A stretch of 62,854 nt of DNA, filler included, from Circinaria calcarea (taxonomy: Eukaryota): NCBI GenBank assembly GCA_051942165.1. It is 12 parts of 12 records of this genome, joined end to end, with 100 filler letters (N's around TTAATTAATTAA, not from the genome) between each part and the next. Parts side by side here need not be neighbours in the genome. Positions count along the whole stretch, not along the records: positions 1 to 5,155 come from JAVECS010002014.1; positions 5,256 to 10,408 come from JAVECS010002015.1; positions 10,509 to 15,660 come from JAVECS010002016.1; 9 more parts are not named here. One strand, 5' to 3'. Below the pieces are notes generated by a model, which saw nothing but the letters and a program-made list of their open reading frames with translations, was not told the DNA's origin and did not search any database. Shown here in pieces: positions 1-11,770 of the stretch (the stretch's first letter is position 1; each line of letters opens with the position of its first letter). The translations under genes were made by a program, and so were the position numbers.

Positions 1-388
1 GAGGGGCGGTGCTATGAAAAGCTACTCCTATGAGGCGCTCCAATCGCAACAAGAAAAAGATGGCACACCCCACAGCTTATAGACTTGATTCGCATAAATA
101 CGCCTGCCGGTACGCAGGATTTCCCTATCAGATCTCGGGCCAGGCACCCTGTTCTCGTGAACAAGGCTCTCTTGGAAGCTTCAAGTGCGGGCAGAGCCCG
201 AATAGCCTTGCTGGTCGAGACATATCATAAGCTGTCTATCTTCCCTCTGCGCTTGAAATCCCTGACTATGAACCTCTGTTGTTGGGCATTTGTGACACCC
301 AATTAAGGTTTCAAGCTCGAATACATCCTTTATCAAGTACTTCTTCATCCGGCTGCGGCTTCACCCTATTGATTGTGGCTCAACATCA

Positions 389-3300
389 ATGGACCAGTGG
401 GCCGTCCTCGGATATGGTTCTAGTATCGTTGTGCTAGTTGATATCGCCGTACGCCTACATCAATTTGGAGGCGCTCGTGGCACAAACGGCAAACAATCTA
501 CCCCGGAGACAGAGCGCTATGAACAGTTTCTCAGCGTTGCCGAGAGGGTTATCCTCTGGCCGGACTCCGATATTCTCCAGGTGCCCCAGGATATTCGGAC
601 TGGTTTGCTAGTTGATATAGAAGCCGCCGAGCTCAATGGTCTAGATGCCCGTGGGTTCCCTGGAGGAAAAGAAGAAGCAAGGCAACAAAGGAACTACAAT
701 TTGTACTACAGGCTGTTACGCCGCCATCCCCATGATGCACTTCTCCGAGATAGTCTGCAGCATTTGGGCTTCAATCTTAAACTTTTGAGGTTCTTAGAAG
801 GCAGCATCGCACTGTTGGTAGCTGTCCTTTCTCCCATGTCTGATCGTTAACATCAGGCATAGATCGCAGATCCATAGGCTTGCCCCCAAACCTACTCAAG
901 TGATGATGGACATGTCTGAGCTGCACAAAGCACCGAAGCTAAAGTCCACATTACCGCCAGCTACTGCTATCTTACCAGCTCAATATCAAACAAAGTATTC
1001 TGGTGATAGCAATCACAATATTATACCTTCGACAAACCAAACTCTGCACTTGAACCCACAAGCTACTTCAGCAGGAGTTCTAGCGACTCGGGGTATGGAT
1101 CAGTCAGATTGCGGGGGCTGTGTCTGCACATGCCGCTGTCATCTTATGGAAAGGGGCAATTCCCGTGGTATACTTTCTATCTTCTATAAATGTGACGTGC
1201 CCAGTTGCGAGCGTCGGAAATACTTACTCGCTTTCAGCATTGGATGGTATAAATTAAGGAGTTGGTGGCTGGCTGTGGCAGAGTTGGAAGCTACGCTTGA
1301 AGGAAAGAGATTCCCCGTCTCGCCCACTCCCCATGCTTGCCGCCTCGTTCGATTCGTGATTCGTGATTCGTGGATGTGTCTATCTTGGGGAATTGAGAGG
1401 GGCTATAAAACGCTGGATACAAGGCGAGGAGAATGCTGAGTTCTCCAAGTATCTACCATTTTTCGAGGAGCTGCTTGAAAGTGACGCGACAAGGATACGA
1501 AATATTGATCATGGAGGGAGCGGCACGCTTGAAGTCAAGGCTTACTCTCCTAATACAATCAAGTGTCAGAACTAATCATTGGATGTAGAATTTGTTAACA
1601 CACCCTTGGCCACGACAAGGTGATCGGTTAAAGATCCTCGGAATGTTCCTCCGTAAGGGAGCTAGGAACCACTACTCAACCTCGTAAGGAGAGCAATGCC
1701 TCAAAACTTCAATGGTCAATATAGACTAAGTGCTCTAGAGCCCTCCATTTGATAGCCACCTTGATCGGCGAAGGTCGACATCTTGACCTTCTCAAGGAGC
1801 TTGTCGAGGCCGGTCGGGATTCAGATGATATTACTCGCGAAACTCTACCAAAACAGCCTGCATTCTGCAATCCTAACACAGACCCGGAATTAACGACAAC
1901 CGATCCGTTTTTACTGGACTTCTTTTCCAAGTGTGTTGGACATTCTCCCGGTATGATCGTGATTGCTCCAAGCGTTGAACTGTCCTCTATCGAAAATTCC
2001 AGGATCCTCGAACATAGTACAACATATGGAGTTCACGCGGAACATATCAGGCGTGGACCATTCGAGACGTATACATAGCTGCATTAAAACTGATGTGAAT
2101 TTCCTAGGTCAGACTGCTTTACATATGGCCATAAGGCAGCCCAAGCAGCTCCAAAAACTCTTGGAACAAGGCCTTGATCCTATGATAGAAGATCACCATG
2201 GGAGGACTCCGCTCATGTATGCAGCAGCATATGGAGAAGTCGAATCCGCCAAAATATTGCTTGCCACCCATGCTCAACTTCGAATCAATCCTACTGGCCG
2301 AGACCAACTCCGATTCCGGAACTTTGTGGATTATGCGATACTCCGGGGACACAGCCTAGTTATCCTCGAAGCCATAGATCATTACACTCGAATGGATGGG
2401 TTCTCCCAACAGCTAGCCATAAATATTGCAGATTATGCTGTTGAGAAGTGTCTGCGGGGAAAATTGCTAGGAATAGATATAGCGACGCTTCAACCACACT
2501 GGTTTGCAAATTCGAGGACTAAAACCGTTCGAGAATTTTTTTTGAAAGGCGCTGATGTCAACCGGATTACGTTGTCCGGGGACACCCTCCTTCATCTGAT
2601 AAGATGTTCAGAGGATGCTCATATGATACTTGACTGTATGGCTCTGACTCCGTCCGAAGAACGACGTATACATGTCCACGACAAGACGATTCCAATCAAT
2701 TATAGAAACATTTTGGGCGAAAGCCCATTAATGGTGGCGGTTTTACGTGGTAACGCTTCAGTGATATGTCGGTATATACAAGAGGGAGCCCAGGTGAACG
2801 CCCAGAATAAGTCTGGTAGAACCGCGCTGCACTATATTGTGCGAGATATCGTTTCGCGGGGTTGGTCTTCCAACGCGTTCGATTACGAGGACGCATTTGA
2901 GAAGTCAGAGAAAATAGATGTGTTACTGTCACAGGGCGCTGATCCGTCTACCGGAGATCGATGTCGTTGTACTTGCACGCCCGATGGATGCACACCGTTA
3001 ACATACATGCTATCAGGTCGTGATAGGTTCTCAATATATAAGGGAAACATTGGGCCATGGTTGCTCGAATGGTTTATCATCTTGATTCAGAGAAGCCCGG
3101 AGGCACGGACCGCATCGACAGTTGCCGAGTTTACCCGAGTGCAACTTTTCGAGAGATTTGACCAAGATGGTCTAACGCATGTCTGCTGTATTGGTGCTAA
3201 GAATCGCCATTATTCTACTCTGATTAGTCCCGAGGAGAGTGACGCAGTTGCAGTCGAGGAAGGATGGACTAAGCAGCAAGATATGCTGAATAGGGCATCG

Positions 3301-3736
3301 ACCTTGGTGGATGATTTCAAGGCCTCCCTTAAACTACTCGAGGGGAAAAGATAGGGTGGCCATGACCCCGATTGGATCATCTCACTCGCTCTATGGTTAG
3401 AAGATATCGACAAGTCTAATAAGGATATCTCGGACAACTACGGGAAGAAGCACTACCAAGTAAGCCATTGTCCATCCGTTTGAGCATATGTACTCTCATA
3501 TGCCACAGGGGAAAGACGGCTCGCTAATAGAGCTAGAAAGGCGCAAGAACCAGTTTCTCATTTCTCTTTAATCGACAATTATCTGAAATGGGTTAGCTAT
3601 TGCGTCGAGCACTTGATGAAGGCCAAGGACCCTATAGCGATCAAGGAGTGGCATGACATCCGCATTTACTGGGCAGAGCGACTCAAAACGCTATTGCGTG
3701 TCGGGACGAAGGGCTTCGATAAGGAGCAGATCTGAC
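389..3736 (+). pseudogene. Multi-exon fungal ankyrin-repeat protein with a helical HeLo-like/SesA-type N-terminus; disrupted
   Basis: N-terminus MDQWAVLGYGSSIVVLVDIAVRL; ankyrin motifs NFLGQTALHMA, GRTPLMYAA, GESPLMVAV and GRTALHYI; C-terminal CRCTCTPDGCTP and LTHVCC motifs; several GT-AG introns (e.g. 1951-2002). A GATTCGT x3 repeat (1351-1371) shifts the frame, and TAG at 3352-3354 is followed by further protein-like sequence to about 3736. Confidence 0.7.
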
Positions 3737-4373
3737 GAGCCTTCCAGAGTGAAGCTTGGCTACGTGAGTTGTACGATGCATGTGGTCGTCTCCGATGATA
3801 TCAGGTTCTCTTTTGTTGCAGATCGTCAGATGTAGCAAATGCAGACCACACCACTAAGCTAGTACCCCTTTGCCATAGAGGGTTAGCTGTCTAAAGTTGG
3901 AATACGCGCTTAGACTTCGGCTCTTATTACTTTCTTTCTACTTGTATACTCAGAGCCTGCTGTTCTATGACTGAAGTTGGCCGTGTTAGCAGGTTGCATG
4001 TGGCTTCTTAATTGGCGACGACCACTCAAACCTTAGGGATGGCTAGCACGACTAAAGTTAACCAGATAGTATAATTTATCGCCAACAAGTGCGAAGCAAG
4101 TACTTACCAAACTCCTCTTCCCGTCCAACCGGTACTTGATTTCCGTTTCAAATTCGCCGACTATGCGACTTGCCTGGGAAGGATTACCTCACGTCACACA
4201 AACGATGGTGAGATGCGCGACAGGAAAAAGGACAACGGTCAGTAGCTATTCGCTTTTCTAACTTATCCCTAACTTATACCACGCTCGTCCAGCACTCAGC
4301 ATCCCACAAGTCGCATGTCCACCCCCTACTTTTATCACATTCTTGCTTCACCGCACAAGAGTGCAATCTCGAC

Positions 4374-4898
4374 ATGCTCGCTCACGTCCTTCTTTCCCTT
4401 TCCTTTCTCGTTTCACTACTGCTAGCCGCCCCCTTGACGCCTGACTCTCGCTCCCCCTCGACCCTCTTCCGGAAGCGTTACATGCTCCAGTGCTTCACCC
4501 ACACCGCTGGCCTCCACCCCTTTCCCACCAACACGCACGACTGTCTCCAAGCGGTTACCAACTGGCAATGCAATACCCGGGTCCAGCTCGGGCTCACCGC
4601 CTACTCCCGACAGGCTGTTAGCGGCAATGTCCAAGTCCCCGTGAGGTTTAAATCCGGCACCTGTGTCTTCGGTATCGATCTCAAGCGAAGGACCCAGGAG
4701 GTGCTGGTGTCGCGCATCGATATCTTGGAGAGAGCGCAAGAGCTGATCGTGTCGTGCGTCACGCCGCCGATTGGGAATGCCTTTGGTGGGACGGTTACGG
4801 TGGGATCCGAGGACTTAATGGAGCTGAAGGTGTGGGGGCAACGGACCACGGCGAGGCCGCTGTTTTGGGAACACGGCTCTTGCGGGGGAGGATGGTAG
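4374..4898 (+). CDS. Small secreted cysteine-containing protein (174 aa)
   Basis: Hydrophobic signal peptide MLAHVLLSLSFLVSLLLAAP, RKR dibasic (Kex2-type) site, spaced Cys residues, C-terminal FGGTVTVG motif; no introns. Confidence 0.75.
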   Translation: MLAHVLLSLSFLVSLLLAAPLTPDSRSPSTLFRKRYMLQCFTHTAGLHPFPTNTHDCLQAVTNWQCNTRVQLGLTAYSRQAVSGNVQVPVRFKSGTCVFGIDLKRRTQEVLVSRIDILERAQELIVSCVTPPIGNAFGGTVTVGSEDLMELKVWGQRTTARPLFWEHGSCGGGW

Positions 4899-5155
4899 GT
4901 GGGTGGTATTCATAGAGTCTCCCAATCATCTAGTATCGTAAATAGGTATCGTTCACATCTCATGTACCTAGCTAAAGCAGTGTTTCTACATTTTCGCATT
5001 ATTTTCTCCAACAACATACAAATCTCACCCCCCTCTCCCCAACACCTCGCATCCTCGTTTCTCTTAACCACTCCATCCGCCATGTCAACCCTTGTCCCCC
5101 CAAGAAACCCACAACTCCAACGCGATATTAATCGTTCCCCCCGTCATCCACCTCT

Positions 5156-5255
5156 NNNNNNNNNNNNNNNNNNNNNNNNNNNNNNNNNNNNNNNNNNNNT
5201 TAATTAATTAANNNNNNNNNNNNNNNNNNNNNNNNNNNNNNNNNNNNNNNNNNNN
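5156..5255. other. Artificial contig-joining spacer (44 N + TTAATTAATTAA + 44 N); the same spacer recurs at 10409-10508, 15661-15760, 20913-21012, 26163-26262, 31412-31511, 36655-36754, 41898-41997, 47140-47239, 52381-52480 and 57621-57720
   Basis: Eleven identical 100-nt linkers with stops in all six frames. The segments between them fall from 5155 to 5134 bp without ever increasing, and genes are cut at the junctions. Confidence 0.99.
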
Positions 5256-5830
5256 CCTCTTAGCAAATCAGCATCGTCACAAAGCCGGACTTTTTGGGAA
5301 AATTTAGGATTTGGGGCGTACGGTGATGTAGTTGTTGGATTTAAGGAAGCGGGCGACGATTATGGCGGGGGAGTCCGTTGCTGGCATACTTGTTAACTGG
5401 GTAGTAGTGATATTGGTTGAAGTAAAAGTTTGATATCTCCCCAAATGCAGTGAAGGTCTGAGGCTTATCGCTTATCAAACCCTAGTGACATCACTTCTAG
5501 GAGAAAATGTTTACAAATTTTACACAGCGGTAAGGTTTTATTGCCCATGGTTCGAGGACACGTATTTATGAATTGCGATTTCTAAAGTATTTTTGGGCAG
5601 CAAGATTGGTTTTATTGATCCTGAGCTAAAAACAAGTATTCAGAGTGGAGCAATTGTGCTCAGTGTTGCAAAAATGCCGAGCCTTGGGTATCTAGCTGAA
5701 AGAAAAAGACACGTGAAATGCTTGAATTTCTTAGAATGCGCGAAGTGCGTGAAATAGGTAGAATACTAAAGCCAGCCTGGGTAAGGGAGTACTAAACAGC
5801 GCAAGGACATGTGTTCTGGATACATGACTA

Positions 5831-7390
5831 TCAGTAAAACATGTCTGCAGCCTTGTTTCTCCTTCCGCCCCTGCCTTGAAGTTTCTCGGCGAATAACTCC
5901 TTGCCAGCGTTTCCTACGGTCTTTCCAGGAAACAATTCCTTGACAGCACCCGCAGGAGAAGCGTCAGCTCCAAGGCCGCGTATGGAGAACCCCGAGTCCT
6001 GCTGCTTTGAAACACCACGAATGCTAAACCCTTCATCCTCGTCACCATTTAACGCGTCTATTGTGGTATCAGAAACGGTATTCTTCAGCCGACCCAATGT
6101 GTTCTTTGGGCGAGTCGAAATCCTGTCCGCCAGACTGCGTTTAGGAGGATAGTCCGCGGCTCCATCGACAAATGGTACTGACATGCCGGTAGCAAAAAGG
6201 TCCGCCGTCTCGTCTGCCGCGTCAAAGGCATCAGATCGACGATGGGCAATGGTGACTGTTCTCGTAGGGAAAAGTTCCTTTTTGAGGTTTTCTACGGTTT
6301 TCTTGTTTGGAAAGAGCTCTTTACCTCGTACAGATGAGGATGCATCTCGCATACTCATGTCTGACTCGAAATTCGATACGGACGTTGCTTTGGTGGGGAA
6401 AAGTTCCTTGCCGCTCTTCTTATCAAAAGCGGGATAAGGATCTCGTTCCTGGTACCGAGGGGGGGGCGTTCTACGTTTCTTGCGGCGACGATTTTCGCCA
6501 TCAGTATCCCTGTCTGGGGATGCGCTTCTGTCTCGTGATCGCCTGCGATCTGAGCGATTCGGCCTATACGGGCCTCTTCGATAGCTACCCCGATCGCCAT
6601 CGGATGAAAGAGTGGATTTAGAACCTCGTCTCTCTGCTGGTCCCTTTTGTCTTGATGCTAATGCATCTTCATCGTCATCATACATGCTTGCTGTGAAACC
6701 CTGGTCTTCGTCTTTCTGCTTCCTCCGCCGATGCTCATCATCTCCGTAGCGACTGTTCCTACTTGTTCGATCTCTCTCATGTCTTCTACCTGATTGACGT
6801 CTCTCCCTAGGGTCGTGCTCAGGATGCATCATATAAAACCGGCTGGCCTCGTACGCGCGAGGTCGCTTCTGGTCCGTCAGAACCGCTATTCGTATTTGGA
6901 GATTGGATCCGGGGTGTTTGGAGAATGGTTTCGCCGTTCGAAGCTGAAGTCTCGAAACAGTATTGACATTGTCAAAAGGACTTAGGCTCAAGTGATGTAG
7001 GGCTTTTATGGCCATGGCTGGACAGTTGAAAACAATATTTGCTGATGTGTCGTCGATCCACTCAATCCGTAGAGGAGGGTCCAATGCAAGGTGTTCGAGG
7101 TGTTCATTGGAGTAAGCCTTGATATCTAGTGTAGTAAGGTCGTCGACCCCACGGATGTGAATTTTGTGAAGCGCGATATGCTCCGAGCCGACATCTTATG
7201 AATTTCCCACGTCTTGGTTGTGTTCAGTGAGGGCATCGAGCGCTTGAGCCTCAGAAACAGCCTGCAGCATGGTTTGTTATTTGATCCAAATGATATCCCA
7301 AGCGAATTAGAGCTGACTTACAGCTTGAGTAGGCTCATCGACAACAACGGGACCGAGATCGATATCCATGTCAATATCCATGTCGTCCAT
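5831..7390 (-). CDS. NCBP3: Nuclear cap-binding protein subunit 3 (NCBP3/DUF2414) family RRM-like protein
   Basis: MDDMDIDMDIDLG start; intron 7321-7262; KIHIRGVDDLTTLDIKAY, RIEWIDDTSANIVF and YEASRFYMMHPEHDPRE motifs; repeated KELFP; C-terminal KAADMFY. An in-frame TAA lies at 7196-7198 in this gene model. Confidence 0.85.
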
Positions 7391-7666
7391 TGCAGACAAT
7401 GACACATCCGTCTGGTCAAAGGGACGAAGGCCAACAGGATGAAAAGAGGAAACCTCCATAGTGGATAACGAAGGTGAAGCTGCGAAGTAAATGCAATCGA
7501 AAGTTGAGGTATCGAGTCTCGACTCATAGAGGCCACCCCTGCCAATCCGAGTGAAAATCATCGGAAGTGAGTGGCCGAGATCCGATGACGCCCGGTAAAA
7601 CTCCAGAACTCCGTAACGCCAAAGAAACGCCAACAACGCCGGAAATATTTTGGACAATGATGCACA

Positions 7667-10186
7667 TCAGTCCTCTCTACGCCTCCTTTTCGGAGGACGC
7701 GGTAGACCCGGGTACATTCCATCGTCTTCGTCGTCTTCGTCGTCGGACACCGGTCTCTTCTGCCTCGAAGGAGGAGGCAACGCAGGGCTATCATTGGTGT
7801 TGGTAGCTGAACTCCACTGCCTCGGCTGAGGAGGCACCTGAAGAGCATCGGTGTTATTGGCAGGTCGTGGCGACCACGGACTCTCATAAGGTGTCCTTCG
7901 CAGAGGAGAAGTAAACCCAGACCTCCTAGTGTTGTTGGCAGCTGGTGACGTCGCCGGCGCCTCAAAAGCCATCGTCGTCCTCGCCAAAGGAGTCGCTCCT
8001 TGAGCCTCCTGATGCCTGAAAGTATTCTGAGTATAGGAAGGGGCAGAACTGCTTCCCATGTTAAGACTGCTGATATCAAGATCGCTGCTTTCTGGTTTGA
8101 TAGGTCGCTCTTGTTCCATCTCCCTCCTCTTGGCTTCGTTTGCTTCCTTGAGTAGTTTTCTCTTCTTGCTCCGGTCGTGTTCAATGCCCGTGGTCATCTT
8201 CTCTGGGTTTGGATTGCGGCGCTCGTCAATGCCGGTTTTCTCTCGTCCAGATCTATTCCACCGGCTCTTGATAGAGCCCCACGTTCTCGGTGGACGCGAG
8301 GGATCATGCTCCGCCAGACGCCTCGCGACTTCTTCACATCTCTTTCTCTCGCTATGATTGACCTTTTTTTCTGCTACAATCTCCCCCATGAATCGACCTA
8401 GTAGAGTATCATCCTCTTCAGTCCATGGATTATCTTGTTTCTTCTTCTTATTTTCAGGTTCTTCGTTCGCAGTCTTGGTCTTGGTCTTGGTCTTGGCCAA
8501 ATCCTTGGGCTTCCTCGGTGCAGGTGCCGGGGGATATGTGTCTGGATTGGAGCCAGATGTAGCAGGGTTGAAGTAAGATGTAGCAGGATCAGGGTTGAAG
8601 TAAGATGCAACAGGAGCAGGATTGGAGCGAGATGCGGCAGGGTTGAAGTAAGATGTAGCAGGATTAGGGTTGAAGTAAGATACAGCAGGAGCAGGATCGG
8701 AGTAAGATGTAGCAGGGTCTGAGCGAGGTGCAGCATCACTCGAGCGAGATGCATTAAGAAGATTGGAACGATATTCAGCAAGTCTCGCGCGAGCTGCGAT
8801 AGGGTCGCGGGGACGTACAACACCTTGATAATTCGCAGGATCAAAAGCATATGGGTTCGAACGTGGAGGCAAACGTCCATCTATGTGTATAGGCGTATTG
8901 CCAGAATCCACGGCTGTAGTATTGGGCACAGCCGTGGCTGCTGAAGGTACCGTCTTTCCAGCTTTGCGGCGAGAGATGCGTCGCATCTTACGTGCCTTTG
9001 GCTTGAAGTCGTTGTTGTCGTCATAGCTGTTGTCGTCGTCGTCGTCAGAATTGTCTGTTTCGTCCGAGCTCTCTTTATGCTCATTTGAGCCCTTTTGGCC
9101 TTTCTTTGGCGCCTTATCCTCGTCAGAGCTCTCCCCATTATTGTTGAAGTTAGTCCCTTTGTTAGGTTTCTCCTCTTCCTTCTCCGAGTTGTTCTCCTGC
9201 TCATCAAAGCTCTCTTGGTTGTCTGCAATCGTCTCATTGTAGGAGTTATCTCGGTCGTTCAAGTCCGTGTCGTTGTTAGAGTTCTGCTGGTCTTTCGAGT
9301 TTGACATATTGGTGAAGTACTCGTGGAAGGTTGAGGTTGTGTCGTACAAGATAGGATTGTTTGAGATTGGCATGTTCAACGTCGACTTGTTCAAGTTTGT
9401 GTTTCTGACGGAGTTGTCGTGGTCATTCGGGATCGTGTCATCGTCACTAATCTCTTGGCAGGTAGGGCTCACAACTGGACGCCGTATAACCGGAGGCCAC
9501 ACAACTGAAAGCCGTACAACTAGAGACGGTACAGCTGGAGACGGTATAGCTGGAGACGGTACAACTGGAGACGGTACAACTGGACGCCACACAACTGGAA
9601 GCCGTACAATTAGAGACCGTGCAACTGGAGGTGGTGAAACTAAGGGTGGTGAAAATGGAGGCGGTGAATATCCAGGCGGCAGACCCGGGAAAGTAGAGTC
9701 ATCATCTCGTGGAGATGAAATTTCAGGAGTAGGAGGCCAATCGTTGTCTGCAACTGTCACGACATCCCCATCATCGTCGCTCCACTCTTCGGGTCCAAAC
9801 ACCGTATGCCTCAAAGGTCCGCCGACAGCTCGTTGATTAGGCACACATTGACAGTAAGGAATTATAAAGGGACAGGGGTGTCTAAGTGCGTAGCTCAAAG
9901 TCGCTTCCAACTACACCGTATAGTCAGTATCCTTGTTTTCTTGCTTTTTGCTTTAAAAAGGGCAGAACCGGTCAGATAATCTTACTTCCATAATGCGGCG
10001 TCTGATCCTTTGACGCCTGATCGCCTCAGCTTGCTCCGCGGCAATTTCTTCTGGCCCTGGCTCTGGAAGCCGATGGGACCTCTCCATTGGACCTAGTCCG
10101 AGTACGTCTATAAACACGTCCACCATTTCAAGCCATGTCGGCCGTGGCGTGACTGTCGGCCCTGACGTGGCTATCGGCAGTGACAT
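7667..10186 (-). CDS. Low-complexity protein with a C-terminal Myb/SANT-like domain
   Basis: Exon 10186-9986 and a GT-AG intron 9985-9911 (CTGAC branch) splice in frame to the 747-aa ORF. NPWTEEDD...RTWGSIKSRWNRSGREKTGIDERRNPNPEKMTTG has Myb-like Trp spacing; C-terminal PPKRRRR resembles an NLS. Confidence 0.7.
8556..8720. repeat. Coding minisatellite, imperfect 21-27 bp units (PATSYFN-type)
   Basis: Repeated gatgtagcag(gatca)gggttgaagtaa units visible in the sequence. Confidence 0.8.
9468..9632. repeat. Coding minisatellite, 15-bp units (VVPSP/AVPS/VVRRP)
   Basis: Repeated gagacggtacaactg / gagacggtacagctg units. Confidence 0.8.
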
Positions 10187-10854
10187 GACGAAACCAAGAC
10201 AGCTCAGCTGTCCCGATGAGAATGGAAAAGGTTTAAAAATAAAAGTGGAACATCGAAGCTCCAAGGGGAGAAAGTGTTCGATGCAAATGTCCAGATAGTT
10301 TGGAAGTCAGAGAAGTCCAGCTTCAACGTTGAAAAGAATCGCAGCTCGAATGAAGGTTGGCAAGCACAGCTTTACCTTTGCTATACAGAAGATACAAGAA
10401 GGAGTAGANNNNNNNNNNNNNNNNNNNNNNNNNNNNNNNNNNNNNNNNNNNNTTAATTAATTAANNNNNNNNNNNNNNNNNNNNNNNNNNNNNNNNNNNN
10501 NNNNNNNNAAATTTAGATTAAGAGCTTTTTTTTCAACCTCTTGTGTAATATCTATTTCTCCATTAAGACCCTTCTCCTTAAGATGACCTTTGGGAAAATT
10601 ATTCGAAGACGGTTTTAAGCTAAACATAAGGGTGCTACTATTTAAAGGTGAAGATATAAGTGGGTGAGGTTTAGCTGGACTGCTAATACATAGTCTAATA
10701 TAATTAGATACACTAAATAATATATCTGTTCTAAAGCTAATTAAAGCTAATCTATAATAATATATATTATTATAAGCATGCAAGTTATGAATAGTTTTTT
10801 TAGACTCAGTGTAATCTTATATAAAGACAAAGGTTAAAAACCTTTAGCAAAATG

Positions 10855-11010
10855 GTCAAAATAAAGAAAACTCTTTATACCGTATTGGGGGTCACTATTT
10901 AATTTTAGATTCATTTTAAACTAGGCGAATAGCAAGTAAATACCTTAGACGGTGTACTATACCTTTACTTAAAAAAAAGGTAAGTGTCCATCTGATATAT
11001 TCTTGGTAAT
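10855..11010. other. Group I intron-like remnants abutting the truncated cox1
   Basis: Minus strand CAGATGGACAC...AAAGGTATAGTACAC resembles P7 (R/S) elements; plus strand GGCGAATAGCAAGT resembles a P/P4 element in the opposite orientation. Recognised by eye only. Confidence 0.35.
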
Positions 11011-11496
<486 letters not shown>

Positions 11497-11719
11497 CAAC
11501 TTTGTAATTTATTAACCCTATTCTAAAAGGATTAAATGGTTATTTAACCATAAATTATGGTATCTGGTTACTATTGTGTTTTACACAGTATACCTCTAAA
11601 TATATTCACGGGTTATTAAGCATTCTAACATAACAATTTCTCAACCCAAATGAGACGCCTAACCAACTTGGCTCTAACCCGTATGATTTAGAGATATATT
11701 CTAGAGTGCTGTGCTGGTG

Positions 11720-11770
11720 CAGAGAATATCCGATTCGAACGGATGTAATCAATTTTGACCAAATAAGTAT
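11720..11770 (-). tRNA. 3' fragment of a class II (probably Ser) mitochondrial tRNA; 5' half absent
   Basis: T arm ATCCG-TTCGAAT-CGGAT, acceptor 3' strand ATTCTCT followed by G, long variable arm TGGTCAA-AA-TTGATTA; no D arm or 5' acceptor strand upstream. Confidence 0.55.
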
